Shown one piece after another: positions 26,601-40,393 of a stretch of DNA of 64,000 nt (position 1 is the stretch's first letter; every line of letters starts with the position of its first letter). Both the position numbers and the translations under genes were made by a program. The stretch comes from Rotaria socialis (lineage: Eukaryota): contig CAJNYD010000023.1 of the NCBI GenBank assembly GCA_905331295.1, positions 1 to 64,000 on the forward strand, read 5' to 3'. Below the pieces are notes generated by a model. That model searched no databases. It saw only the letters and a program-made list of their open reading frames with translations, and was not told where the DNA came from.

Positions 26601-29600
26601 TCATTTCTTCTTTCATTTATCCTCGTTTACTTCATATTTCCATGTTTTTGACAAAGAAAGCTTGAAATTTTCTTTTCTTAACATGTATACATTTATTCAA
26701 CTACTTCTGTTTGAGCAATCATTTAAGTGCAGATTAAACGTGAAGATTCGCATTCTGCGAAAAGCAGTTTGATGTTGAAATATCAATATATATACACAAT
26801 TTTATCGTGTTCAGTGTTATATATGCTCTATACTCCGCTATTAATTAAGAAAATATTTTGAATGATGATTCATGTCGCCAAGCATTATCAATTGTTGATA
26901 GTAAGCTAAGAAATTAAGCAAGAGCTTTCATTGAATATATGACTTTACTATTCGGGTAAAGTAGACCTACTTTGCTTTACCTGATAAAGTGAGTCAACTA
27001 CTTCACTTTATCTGATAAAGTGAGTCAACTACTTCATTCTATCTGATAAAGTAAAGCCAACTACTTTACTCAGTAAAGTAAAGTATACATATTCTACTTT
27101 ACTCGGTGAAGTAAAGATAAAGTGCCACCCATAATTGGATTCAAGAAGAAATTTATTCATAAGATTTTTGCACGTCGATCTCTTTACAACAGATTTTTGA
27201 ACTATAACTGATTGATGATACTTGATTAAAAATTGAGGTAGCCCCTCCATCCAAAAAACAACGATATAAGCGAGTCAAAGACTTAACTCTACGTGTGACA
27301 AGTATGTCAAATCAAAAGATTCAAACAACCAATTGATTGTTCGGTCTTTATTGAGTTCAATCAAATGTTAAACTTTCATATTTTTGAATGTCTTCATTTC
27401 TTTGAATTGTTGATTCCTGTTCGATGAATACTCAAGAAGAAACAGATATTGTTTTATACTTATGAAATATCAATGATGAGTAATAGCAATTATCGAAACT
27501 AGTTCTTTTTCTTCAAATGTTATCTTTGCTTTCAATCAATCAAATCAAAAATCTATGCTAGAATTATTTTTTCATCAAATGTCAGATTATTAAACAAAGA
27601 ATAACAAAAAATAGAGAACTCATATTCTTTCTTTTTCTAGCATTTCTACAATTATTATTATTTTAATTAGGTTTTCTTGCTGACAGCGAAACATATGCGT
27701 CAAAGAGATTGATCAAATAAATCTTGCTATTCGAGCAATGACAGTAAGCTAATGATTCAAATCAAAGGAGCTGGCCTATTTGCATGTTTACTCTCAGTAG
27801 GCTTATGTTTGTGAATAGTTGTTGGAAATTAACTATAACACATATGTCCAGCTATGTCATTTCCATGAGAGTTTCAGTACTATTCGTGACAATCTCTGCA
27901 AGTCTTACGAGTGAAAATTATAATTTCCATTATATTCATAACTTACGTAACAAGACATTCGCCTTTGAATAAACCTTCAGCAAAGATAGTTACAACTCGA
28001 ATAATAGTATCTAAACGACAGAGTTATCATAGTTTTAAATTTAAAGATTGATTATTATTCTTACTATTCGAAGTTTTCATTCTGACTGCAACATGTGCCT
28101 AATAAAAAGAACTTTAATAGTTAAAAGTTGTACTAATGTAATTACCGGAGAATCATTCTGTCTTTTTTCTACTGTAAATAAAGTTTCAATTTTTGTATGT
28201 GCCTATGAATAATAGAAAAAAATGATTCTGATGTTTCTCTTGGCTTTTTTTTTATATAGTTACGCACTGGAATTTCAGCTTCTGAATCCGATACAATAGG
28301 TCTAGTGGGTTTGTTGATTGTATATTTAGAATGTTTTATTGCATCGCCAAGATGTTCAAGCTCAATTAGGAGAGCCTAGGAGAATACCAATAAATCTGTA
28401 ATATTATTTCATTAATCATTTAATATTTCTCACTTGTTTTTTTTGAGCTAAATCTCGAATTGCTTCTTGTCGATCTCTATATAGACTAGCAGTAAGTGCA
28501 TTGGGATCTTGTTCAGAAAATTTAAAACCACGAACTTGACCTTCATTTGAACAGCAAATGAGGAGATTTTCACCTGCTACTCGATAATCAGCCTAATGAA
28601 AAAAATTATTTATAATCGAATTAAGTAATTTAAGTCTTACTTTAACAATTCCGGCAATTGAAGAGTTAAGACTTTCTTTAAATATAACTTCTCCTTGACG
28701 ATCACTACGAATATCAACCTTTGAAACGAAACAGAAAATACAATAATCAGCTCTATGTTCTTTTATTTTTGATAAACAGAAAAACGAATTTACTTTGCCA
28801 CTACTCCAACCAGTGACTAATTCATCAACACCATCTCCATTAACATCAAATGCTTGTAAAACAACTGCAATATGTCTTGATTTAATACGCCAATGACGAT
28901 TCGATCTTTCATAGATTCCAACAGTACCATTGGCTAATGCATATCCAAATCTTGCACCATCTAACGGGCACATTGACACGATGGTTTCTGTTTCCTGCAT
29001 TTCAGCTATTAATTGATCTTCACGAAATACTCGTATATCGTAATCTTCCGAGCCAACAACAAGCTATTTTCAAAAACAACAGCTCATAAAAGAAAATCAA
29101 TTAATTATATGTTTAGTCTATAGAGAATAGCGTTGTTCTTCATATTTATGAACATCTTTTCAAAGTCAAGAGACAATATTATTTCTTCGATAGATTCCCT
29201 TTACACGTGAATCTTTCATTTAAACGGAATAGCATATTTTCATTCTGTTTAGACGCCATGCAATGAAAACAATCACAGGAAGTCACTTTTAAAAAAAGCT
29301 TCTTCTGCTCATCTAATGAATTGTTTAGATGAATTGAAGGTTTCGCTATCGGGCAAATAACCACTATAGTGAATGAGTACGATAGAAATTGGCACAATTC
29401 CTTTGTGACTCTAATACATAGGACGACCTTTTTTGTTCTTGCGCTTTAGATCTCACATAGGAGAATATTTCTTTTCCTTTTCAGACGCAAGCAATTACAG
29501 CACATCTACTACGTAGATATAGAAATTCATCGACATTATTTTATAAATCATCAAAAGTCGAAGATAACTATATGGAAAAATTTTGAACATATTTTACAAT

Positions 29601-30434
29601 TTTTTTTGGCATTTTGATTAACGATTATCATAGATTACTCAATTGATTAAATCTTGGATTGCTTCAAAAGGCTTCAATCGATTTTATTTCGGCTTGATCG
29701 AAGCCATCACTTAGGCAAGTATAAAAAGTTCTATAGAAAACGAAGTATTTTGATTCTGTAGATTTCATTCAGTCGCAGCAATAAAAACGGAAATTCTTAC
29801 TTCATTATAACCGTCCCCATTAAAATCCAGTAAAGCCAATGATGAAACATTATCGCCTGTTACTGTCCATAAAACATCTTCACTTTTCTTATTATAACCA
29901 TGTATTGAACAATTACCACCGACTATAGCTAATTTTTCGGGTAATTCCCCCCATTGACCTATTGTGATAGCATGTGCGCCATCTGGATTCTTAAAAGAAA
30001 ATTAGAATCAGTATTAACATAGAGCATCCGACTAGCAATAAGAAACTAACATCTTTAAAGAAAAGATCAACATTTCGATCAATATCATAAGCAACAATAT
30101 TTGTACTTGTTCCAACAACAAGAAGATCTTTCTTTAATTGTTCATCAAGTTGACCACATCCTAAACTTGTTACTACTTGATTAACATTGAGCAGAGAAAT
30201 ATTTCCGTCTAATTGTTGTGCTTGCAGATTAACATCACGTGGAGAATGTATGAAAACCTATGAATTTGAGTGATATTTGATTATAATTTAAATAAGAAAA
30301 TATATAAATTAAAGTACTTTATTCCCTGCAGTAGCACCAACAAGACATGATTGTTTTCCATTAAATTTACCGACGCTAACAGTTCGTGGGAATACTTTAG
30401 TATTTAATTGTAATGAAAAAACTGGTACTAGCAT
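23642..30434 (-). CDS. BBS2: Bardet-Biedl syndrome 2 protein (BBSome subunit), multi-exon
   Basis: [26 protein letters not shown]...[77 protein letters not shown]. Ends ...IKTGSV* at 23642. Confidence 0.96.
24945..25062. repeat. Tandem repeat, 37-bp unit x ~3, built from GTAAA pentamers
   Basis: GTAAAGTAGATTTACTTTATCCGAATAGTAAAGTAAA repeated directly inside the hAT left end. Confidence 0.9.
26121..26444 (-). mobile_element. Helentron-associated (HINE/DINE-1-like) element, copy 1
   Basis: Homologous to 55902-56260. Subterminal IR AAACACGAT/ATCGTGTTT, small terminal hairpin AATCCC-TGT-GGGATT, A/T-run flanks. Confidence 0.6.
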
Positions 30435-31985
30435 TTAAAAGATTAGTTATCAGATTATTGAACTTCTTTCAATGTATAAATCAGATATATTTAAGATTAC
30501 CATAAGAGTTCATTTTACTATGTCATTTCCTCTACCATGGTTTTTACGCAACGTTCATTTGAGAGGAGTGAGCGAATAAAAAAATTGAATGAAAAAAGCA
30601 TGAATCAGCGAGAACAAGTTGACGACGAATGAATCATTCCTTTACATAGATATTGTAGGTGAATCGTAAGTTATAAACTAGACGAATACGAGACAATATT
30701 TATTGTCAATCTTTTTCTCGATCAGTTATGTAAGTGCTTTTCTTTCGCAGTATTATTAATCAAATATTTTCTTTTGCTAACAATTATTTTGGCTTGTACA
30801 TACGATACGATGCCTTTTAGTATTTGATTGAATAGAAATGTAGGAAAATGTGAGGCGTCTGTTTTTTTTCAAAATTTATTGCGAATCTGTCCTTACTTGT
30901 TCTTGATGATTATGCATAACATTTTAAGCAATCTGTCATTACTATTCGTTTGGCACGCAAAGTGTCGAAGCTTTTATTTTCGATACTGTGTCGTTTTTCA
31001 ATTGGGAACAGAAATAACACTGATGACGCCGCCGTAGTTATACAATCATACCATTATTATACATATAACAGAACAATTTGATATGCCAAGTGAATGAACG
31101 AATGAATGAACATGATCCGCTTATGGGTGTATGTGTTTGTGTACTAAGAAAAAGACAGAGTATGGGGCGGTGAACAGGGAGGAGTACACGGGAATAATCG
31201 CCAACAAATCTTTTTTCTTTTTTTCTTTCTTTCTTTCTTTCATTCTCTTTCTTCTTTTTTTTTGTCATGTACACTAACTCGTACATATACACCTTGTCTT
31301 TACTTGGTCAAATAACAATAGAGATTGATGATGATCATCAATCGCCGAGACATTTGATCGCATGCGTAAAAGATCTACTCATCATTAATGCGAAGTAAAA
31401 GATCTATGTAACATAGAGAAGGAAAAGAAATGTATCGTCATAAACAACAAATAAAAGTCAATTGTGAGTAATAAAATAGAATAATCTTTTTAGGTTTAAA
31501 ATTTTATTATTACCAAAAAAGGAGGTTGATTTTAGGTGGAATATTTAAATATCCAACAGTTATTTTTTTTACAATCATTTTCTTTTCTTCTCCTATTTCT
31601 GTACTCATAGAAACTTAGAAGTAATGCCGTGATTGTTCGTTAACTTCTAAGCGCAGAACATCTGTCAATAATTTATTTGAGAATCTACATCATTCTGAAT
31701 GTAAAATGTGTTTTCATAGTTTACTTTAATCATAATTCTTTTTTCTTCTCCGCTTATTCTTGTGTTTAGAAGTTGATTTACACATGTTTAATTTGTTGAT
31801 AAATAATTGTGTGTTTTTCTTCTAAGATTCTTTTGCATACATTTGCATTTCTAAACTCTGTTTTTAACAAATATGACTCAGAACATCAACGCAAATAGAA
31901 AACAAAAGAAGAAGGACGCTTGCTCGATATAAATTAAGAATCATTGATAAAACATTTGATTCTTTATTTTTTTTGCGTAGATCCA

Positions 31986-33436
31986 ATGACAACCCAACCA
32001 AATATACCAACGACACCGGGTAAATCACGTGGTCACACCTTATTTGATCGTCAAGCGCAATTACATGCTTACGATTCAGATGCATCATCAGCTAAGTCGT
32101 CGGCTACTTTATTTGATGTACCTTTACCACAAGGCAAACCCATCTATCCGGTATTGTCGGCACCTGTTTCAACGTCATCTGTTATATATCCTCCTCTTCC
32201 TCCTCTACCTCATAATGAAGCAAAATCGCCAGTACTTGTTCATCGTCGATCACCCTTATTATCTTCTGAAAATTATGCACATTCAGATAATGATAATGTT
32301 CAACTAATTGCTATTCATCCTCGGTCTGAATCAACATCGTCTAATAAGGATTCTCCGCTACCACCACTATCTTCATCGAAAACATCAGAACAATTTCTTG
32401 AAACTGATTTTCCACTAATTGAAAGCTCAACAGCACCCACCGAGACAGAACCATTCGTTAATAACGTACTACCTAGTAATTCAGTATGTTGTGCTGTGAT
32501 CGAGAAAGCTTTTGATTATTTACAAAATGGTAATAATGACGACAACGATGATGATAATAATTATCTTATTCATCAAAGAACTTCAACTCAAAATGACGAA
32601 GACCAATCATACAATGTCGATGGCTATGATAATGAAGAAAATTCCGATGGAGCTGATAGCGTAGATACGATCGATCTCGATACAACAACAAGTACTAATC
32701 ATCAAAATGACAGTAAGTTCTATTATGTATTCGTTTTCTTTTATTATTATCGTTGTCATTTCAATTGAATCTTCAATGAATTGATACGCAGTCCGATCTA
32801 ATCAAATGATGTCGGTTTTCTAAGTTGATTTTCTCTTTATTTTTTATCTCGATTATATGAAAAATAGATTTGCTCGAAGCCATTTAATCATTAAACGAGA
32901 AATATTGGCTTTGTTATGTTTTCTTTTCTTCTTCTTCTTTCTATCGTTCAAATACACATAGCTACAATATTAAACACCGCTTAGGTATGTGTGTGTATAT
33001 AAGCATGCTTAATGATCCCGCAAGCGTGCAATTTCTCCATTTCTTCTCATTGTTTAATGGTTTGGTCTATTTTTTTCAGGCCAATCACACATTCACGTGT
33101 CTCTTTTTTTTACATATGAAACAACAATATTCATGTCACTATTCACAAAATGAAAACATTAGAATAAGCTTTAAAAACGAAATCTTTTTTTCTCCGTACA
33201 ATCATATTAATGTTTTATAAAGAAAATAGATTTAAAGAAAGAACACGAACACTTATCAATAGATTATGTTTAATAACTCTTAAGTAATAATCTTTTAAAT
33301 GTTGACTTTTGTATTAGGACAGAAAAGAAAAGCAGCTTCTTTTTTTTAGTTTTACATAGTTTAAATCGTCAACAATAAGCCTAAACGAATATAAATAACG
33401 AATTTGCTTATTGAAGAACTAATTTATCTTTTGTTC

Positions 33437-33475
<39 letters not shown>

Positions 33476-36400
33476 TCTAACTTAATCATGGCTACAGTGA
33501 CACTTTCTTCATAGCCAAGGTCGTTTTTTTCTTTGTTGTTCTATTTTTTTCTGAGAAAATAGATTCCTAGAACTTGAGAAAATGATAGCATCGTTGTTAT
33601 TCGCCTTCTTCTCTGTTTCGTGTCATTTATTTGGTTGTTCTAACTAGTTCAATGGCAAGTGATGAAACAATGAGTACATAGAACGGCACACACGCAAACG
33701 AGAAAGAAAAAAGAAAATTATCATGATGATAATCGAGAAAGATAGGCTTAACGTAGATAAAGTTCAAAACAATTAGCCGGTAAAAATAATGAATCTTTTT
33801 TAGCCTTGAAAATGAGCTCAATGAAAGTGTACATGAATAGTATTCGTTTATTAAATTCTAATTCACTTTTTCAAAAAAGAAAGAAGAAGCTTTTTTTATT
33901 GAATTATACTTTTAGGTGGTATTCATACATTATCATCTCAAGTACAAAGTGACCAACCACATGATAGTCATGAAAAACTAATTGACCATCAATCTCCGAT
34001 GGCATCGTCCTCACGTGGAACAGGTAGTGAAGATAATGATAGTGATTTTGATAATCAATCACACGAAGATGATATTGACAATGATGAAGAACAGACAAGT
34101 AATCTTAAACAAGATGAAGATTTAATTAATGAACAAGAAAAACAGCGAACAGAATTACTTGTATAAAAGATTCGTTTTTGTTTATATTTTTACTGTAACT
34201 ATCGTGTCTTGTCATTTAGTTACGACAACAAAGAATTCTTCGGGGTATTGAACAAGAATGGTTACGGAAAGAAAAAACTTACATTGAGCAATTAGAAAAA
34301 ATGGAACAACAAGTAAACAAAGCTCCGTCGATTATTTATGTTCTAGTTTTTTAACTTTTCCATTTTTTCTAGCTCTCTTTTATCAACGTAGCAATCAACT
34401 TGCAGCAATTAATTAAACAATTAGTTATTTATCATAGGAATGTTTGTAGAGAAATTGAACATTTCAATGAAAATGATCATGAGCCAACAACTCTAACAAA
34501 AAAATTAGCACGTGCTATTGAAGCATTGGTATGTTTTTCTCTATTGTTCTATTTGAAATTTTCTTAGACATCTTGAATACTAAGCAATGTTGATTAATAT
34601 CTATTTTTACAGATGCAAACACTTACATTCTATGATGATTACACAAAAATAAATCTGGCACCGATTAGAAAAGCATTAGAAAAACGAGCTAGCAATAATG
34701 GAATGTCCAGTGAAGGTAACTTGATTGCAGAAAAAAACTTTTGGCTTATTTTTATCTTCTAACTTCATTCTACATAGATCTTTTATCTATTCCTCCTAAG
34801 CAATTTCTTCAAATTCTTTCGCAAGTACAAGTAAATACTGGAGTGTCTTTTTTTTGGTATTTTTTTCAAAAAATTCAATTCTCATTAGGATTTACATAAA
34901 ACAGCTCAATCATTCGAATCAGGTGACAAAGAAAGTTTAATAAAACTATATGATTATGCACTAAAATGTAAATTATTTGGTGTATGTATTGATTTAAATA
35001 ACAAGTAGTTTATATGCATATCTATTTTTGGTTTTCTTCTCAATTTAGAGTAGACAAGATGAGAGTATGAATAAAGTTATTTTAAAAAATGAAGATGTTG
35101 CTACTATTGGTGTCCGGGGAAATCGTGATCGTTGTCGTCTTATCCTTTATCCAGATGTCATTGTTTGCTGTTGTTTAAAGACAAAATTACTTCAAAGGTA
35201 AATTTATATGATGAACCCGACTTAATCATTTAGTCAGAGATGAACAAGTCATGTCAAGTCAAGTTAGTTCAATCTTTATACGATTTAACTTTCGATTTAT
35301 CTATCTACACATATATTAATTCAAGTGAAAATAAGATATCATACATATAAAGATATCTTACGTACTTTAATTTTTGTTTTAGCTTCACCGTTGAGAAAAA
35401 CAAACTAGTATCTTATCTTAGTACATGTTTTTGACATGAGATAAATTGATTTTCAAATAAAAACACAAGTGCAAAAATATGTAGATATCTTTAACAGAAC
35501 AAAGAATCATATATTAATTTCGAAAATGATATATTATTGAAATAAAAAAGTGAAATTTGTTAGAAGTAAAGTCAGGCAGAAAAAAATTAATGTTGTTCCA
35601 CTTGTATGTTATTGAAAATAGAGTGAAAGAGTCTAGGAGTTAAACTATTCGAGAGTAGTAGTAAAAATCAGAGCCGATTCTACTTTATTAGAACTTCTAT
35701 ACTAGCGTAGACTCAATAATTTTCTAAGAATAACATTTCTCTATGAAAGCAAGCTAACAGTTCCTTGAAACTATCAAATTGTTCAGTATATTTTAATATT
35801 AGTTCGAGATAGAAGATAATCTTTTTTTTGTGGGGAGAAGCAATAAGAATGCTGATAATGATCTTGTCCATTTAGTTTTACTTAATATTTCTTTGCTTAG
35901 TCCGAAATATGGAATTCTTTGGTTTATTCCAATGATTGATCTACATTGGACAGCACCACTAAGCCCTTCCAATGATGATATTTATACCGGTGGTAAGTCG
36001 TGATTTTTGACAAAGGATATAGAGAAAATTTTGTATAAAATAATTTAGATGAATTAAAATTAAATTTAAAATCATCTTATAAAGAATTAGAAAAAATACC
36101 AAAATCACAAGTGAGATAAATCATAAATAAATTTAAAAATAAGACGATTATAAAATCTGTTCTTTCTTTGTATGAACCTTAGGCTGTCATTTCATCTCGT
36201 TTATCAAAAGCTATACGTAGGCAAGAAAACGAATATAATTTAGCTCAATCAAAACTCCAATTAGTTCTTTCAAATTCACCTACAACATCTTCATCTCGTT
36301 CATCACTACGATTCGTAATACTTTTTTCATCTGCTTATCAACTTCAAGATTGGACTGAGTCGATTGATAAAACAAAACAAGAACTTGTTGACCGTAGTTC

Positions 36401-39092
36401 AACATTATTGAATCCTGTAAATACTCATCATCAACGTTTAACTGATTCTTTAATACTCAAACGTCTTGAATTCGTTAAACCTAATCTACAAGAACATAAT
36501 CCTCATGATTCATCATTAATGCCAAAACCAAGTAAAACATATTCCGGTACATTACATATAACAATACATAGTATCCATGGCTCAGCATTATTCAGTCCAA
36601 TACTACAACAACAACAAAAATTTCCAACATTAGCATCTACAACAAAAAATAATTATCAATTTTATGTTGCTGTTGAAATTGACTCATACAATACATTTTA
36701 TCCATATGCACAAACAGCTAAACAAGCTATGCGACAACAAGAATCAGTAGAATTTAAAGGCGAAGTATGTAATAAATTTCGAGAATGAATTATTTTCTGT
36801 GACTAGAAACGACGAGTATAAAATATGAATAATTCTTGCAATTAACAATACGAGCTTTTACTTCGACTAGGTAAACACAGGGACATGTAACAAGAAACGG
36901 AACCGGTAAGCCAGCGATTACCGGTGTTTCATTTACATATTTTTTTGCTGTTATTGTAATATCAAGAGCAGGGCATTAAACTTAGTTGAAAATAGGTTAT
37001 GTCAAGTATCCGTACCTGTAGCAGAAATAATTCAATAGCTCGTTAGTTTAATATTATCATCAATTTCAGGTCAATGGATTCGATTGTGTCCACTAAAATC
37101 GATACTGACATCAGTTGTAAAGTAAAAAAACTCAGACTTGTTTCATTTCTTTTTCTATATTGTCTATATCTAACTTTCATATGTAATCAGAATTTTAGAT
37201 TTTAATTTGATAATTAAAGAACGTTGCCACGTCCGATTAATATTCAAAATGAATCTATGAAAATTCAGATGTAATTGAAGACATTTAGATTTACAAAAAC
37301 TGACATGATCAATATATTCGGAATAGATTTTTAGTCGGAGACAGTCTATCAATTCGGAAAATAGCTCAAAGCATAACACGTTCTATGCATTTCTTTTCTT
37401 CGTGAAATGATTAAGAATAAACTCGATTGAAGATTGTGGTCTCGATCTTTTCCATTATATTTTAAACCCTCCATCATTATTCACTGTATTAAATCTTACT
37501 TATTCGAAATTTTAATTTACAATAGAAATCTCATACTAACTTTTTTTTCCTGCACAAAAGCTATTTGGTAGTTAAGATTCTATACGTAGAGCTTGATACA
37601 TAAAAAATAACTTGGAGTGATTACAATACATTGCCTGGATATTACTCATGCGAAGGTTAATGCGTCACATAAGAAATCTCATTTGCCAAACCATTCTTCA
37701 ATCTATCACTATGGTTTCTTTTTAAATCAATGTGATAAATTATTAAATTTGAAAGTTGAATAGTTCTAATAACGAGCAAACTTGCCTGATCTATTTATTT
37801 TTCGACTGATTATTAACTGCAGTGAAATTCTATCACCTAGAAATGTCAACGTTATTTTCATCCTACAATACGATGTCACCAAATGGTATACCTATTTTCT
37901 TTTTATGACATTTTTGCATGGATTTTCTTTTGAATTGATTCTTATTTCATAGAAATAACACCCACAGATCATAACAAAATTGAAATTCAATTTCTTTTTC
38001 TTTTCTTTTAGGTATTTCAAGTTGAATTAGAATATTCTCTTGCATTTCGTCTACTGATCTATCGTTTCGATACTACAATCAAAAATAATACTAACAATAA
38101 TACAGAACGATCACAATGTATTAGTAAATTTCATCGAAATGTAAGCTTTCATACGAGTTTTTTTATCGAAAGAAAAACAGTATTACTAAGGATTCTTTGA
38201 ATATATTAGATTGAAACTGCATTACATGAATGTGACCGTGACCTAAATGGAATATTAACTATTGAATCCCCATCAAGTGATTTAAAGTTAAAAATTTCAT
38301 TAAAATATTCAAAACGTGAAGGTACATTTAAAAGAATCGGATCTAAACGAAGTTTAGCTGTATTCGGAAAAAGTATTGAAAAATTATTAAGTACACCAAA
38401 TGGATGGTATGAACAAATGTTCGAATAAGATCCATGAATTTTCTCTTTCTTTGCTTTTTTCTAGTATCGATGGTATTCCACGTATAATATTAAAATGTAT
38501 TGAAATGGTTGATCGAGATGGTTTAAAAGAAACAGGTATCTATCGTGTTTGTTGTGTTACGTCGGATTTACAAAAGCTTCGTCATCAATTCGATCGAAAT
38601 TATCATCGTGGTGAAGAAATGTTAACTGAAAAAAATGTACATGTTGCAGCTAATTTATTAAAATTATTTTTCCGCGAACTACCTGAACCATTATTTACGA
38701 GTACATTGTACACTGAATTTTTAAATGCTATTCAATTAACGGATATCGATAATCAACATGTTATTCTATTAAAAACACTCGAATCATTACATCCTGACAA
38801 TCGAAAAATTCTATTCTATCTATTAGATCATTTGATACGAGTTAGCCAAGATTCGGATATAAATATGATGCATTTGGATAATCTAGCTGTTGTTTTTGGG
38901 CCAACATTAATGAGGCCATCAAAATTGATCGTAAAAAATTATTTTTTTGGTAGTAATCAACGTTTAAATGCGATTGGTACTAATACGCCAACAGATCTTG
39001 ATCAGATGTCATCAGAATTGCAAGGTTCAATGTATCAGTGTCAAGTTGTGCTTGCTTGTTTAAAGTTAAGACGAGATGGTTTATTGAAATGA
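31986..39092 (+). CDS. ABR/BCR-like RhoGAP (divergent DH-like, PH, C2, RhoGAP), multi-exon
   Basis: C2-like YSGTLHITIHSIHG..FYVAVEIDSY..AQT; AVFGKSIE; RhoGAP IPRIILKCIEMVDRDGLKETGIYRV..ANLLKLFFRELPEPLFT..NMMHLDNLAVVFGPTLMRPS. Domain order matches BCR/ABR. The start codon is inferred from the acceptor at 31979-31980. Confidence 0.85.
33440..33466. repeat. (TA)n microsatellite
   Basis: About 13 TA units in an intron. Confidence 0.9.
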
Positions 39093-40057
39093 TAGATTTC
39101 TGTTGACAGATTCTTACTTCTACAGTGAACGAATGATAAACATGAACATTGCCGTATTTTTCTTTGTCTATTGGGCTTTTTCCGTTTGTACCTAGCAGTG
39201 GCACTTTCTTTTTTTCGCTAATGTCGTTTTTTCTTCGAAATATCTTTCTGTTCATTTGCTTTCTTTTTGTTTTTTATTCGAATAAGATATTAATATGTAC
39301 ATGAAAATTTTGAAATATTGTGTTCAAAATTAGGTTCCTCTTACTACATATATATGTGTTGTGCCGAAATTATTCTATATTAACTAAAAAGTTGAAAATG
39401 ATTTCATTGATAATTATCTTTCCAAATATGTTGTATCTACTTTGAAATCAAAAACTAAACGATTTGTTTCTGAACAATGTGAAAACAGACCGAATATTAA
39501 TATACAGGAAATAACGAGATGGTTCGATAATCATAAAATGATTCATTTAAATAATTCGACAAAAGAGATAGTTGATTCTAATGATGATGATGAATCCTTC
39601 TACTAGAATATGTGCAATCTATAAGATGTATACCTCTATTGGCATCTTTATTGATGCCGAAGACATACATTTATAGATAGTGGTGTCTGTATATTGCTTT
39701 TTTCATATTGAGTGAATCGTACATTCATATTTCACATTAGAAGCCTTTTAATCAAATACAATTATTCAAGAATTATCTGTGTCCTCTAAAATGATATTCA
39801 TAGTTTTACCAACGATGTATCATTTGTTTTGAAATACCAGTATGAACCAAGGTTTTAATACAACAGTACTTTATTTGTAAAATTTTAGATCGACAGATTT
39901 CAAGAATATATGAAATTGAACGACAATAATAAATCCGCTGATATTCTAATAGGATAAAAAAATGTCACAAGTTGATCAGTTCACTCTAGTGAATTGGTGG
40001 TCAAATGCAATGGAAGAAAAATATTCCGATATGACTTCAATTCTTCAGTGTTTGTTC

Positions 40058-40393
40058 TTTTTGTGTACTCAAAAAGTGAGTACACTCTAGATTCGGTCAG
40101 TGTGTCCGGCCAGCCGTTAACACGATAACTCTTGAAAGCCTCATCCAATTCTCACGCAAATTTGTACACTGAATGATTTCATCAATATCTCAGTCGAGTT
40201 CGAAGATGAGAACGATCCGTCAAGAAATGACTGAGTTATCGAAAACATTGTCACTATTGATCAGACCATCCCTGAAGGGAGGGGGGGAGGTACAGAGATT
40301 TTTTTCTCAAAATTATTCACAACATATATAGATCGACTCAGTTTCTGCAGTACACGTAACAATCGGATGTGAATCCGATGTTTCCGCATTTTT
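40058..40393 (+). mobile_element. Helentron-associated (DINE-1-like) element
   Basis: T-run, then GTGTACTC-7nt-GAGTACAC palindrome followed by TCTAGATTCG. 3' AGTACAC inverted copy at 40349-40355, hairpin ATCGGAT-GTGA-ATCCGAT at 40362-40379, then a T-run. Confidence 0.7.

Larger units (their letters stand above)
24899..27133. mobile_element. Non-autonomous hAT element in a BBS2 intron
   Basis: TIRs TGGGGGCGGCACTTTATCTTTA / TAAAGATAAAGTGCCACCCATA. 8-bp TSD ATTGGATT at 24891-24898 and 27134-27141. Subterminal GTAAA/TTTAC arrays at both ends. Confidence 0.88.
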
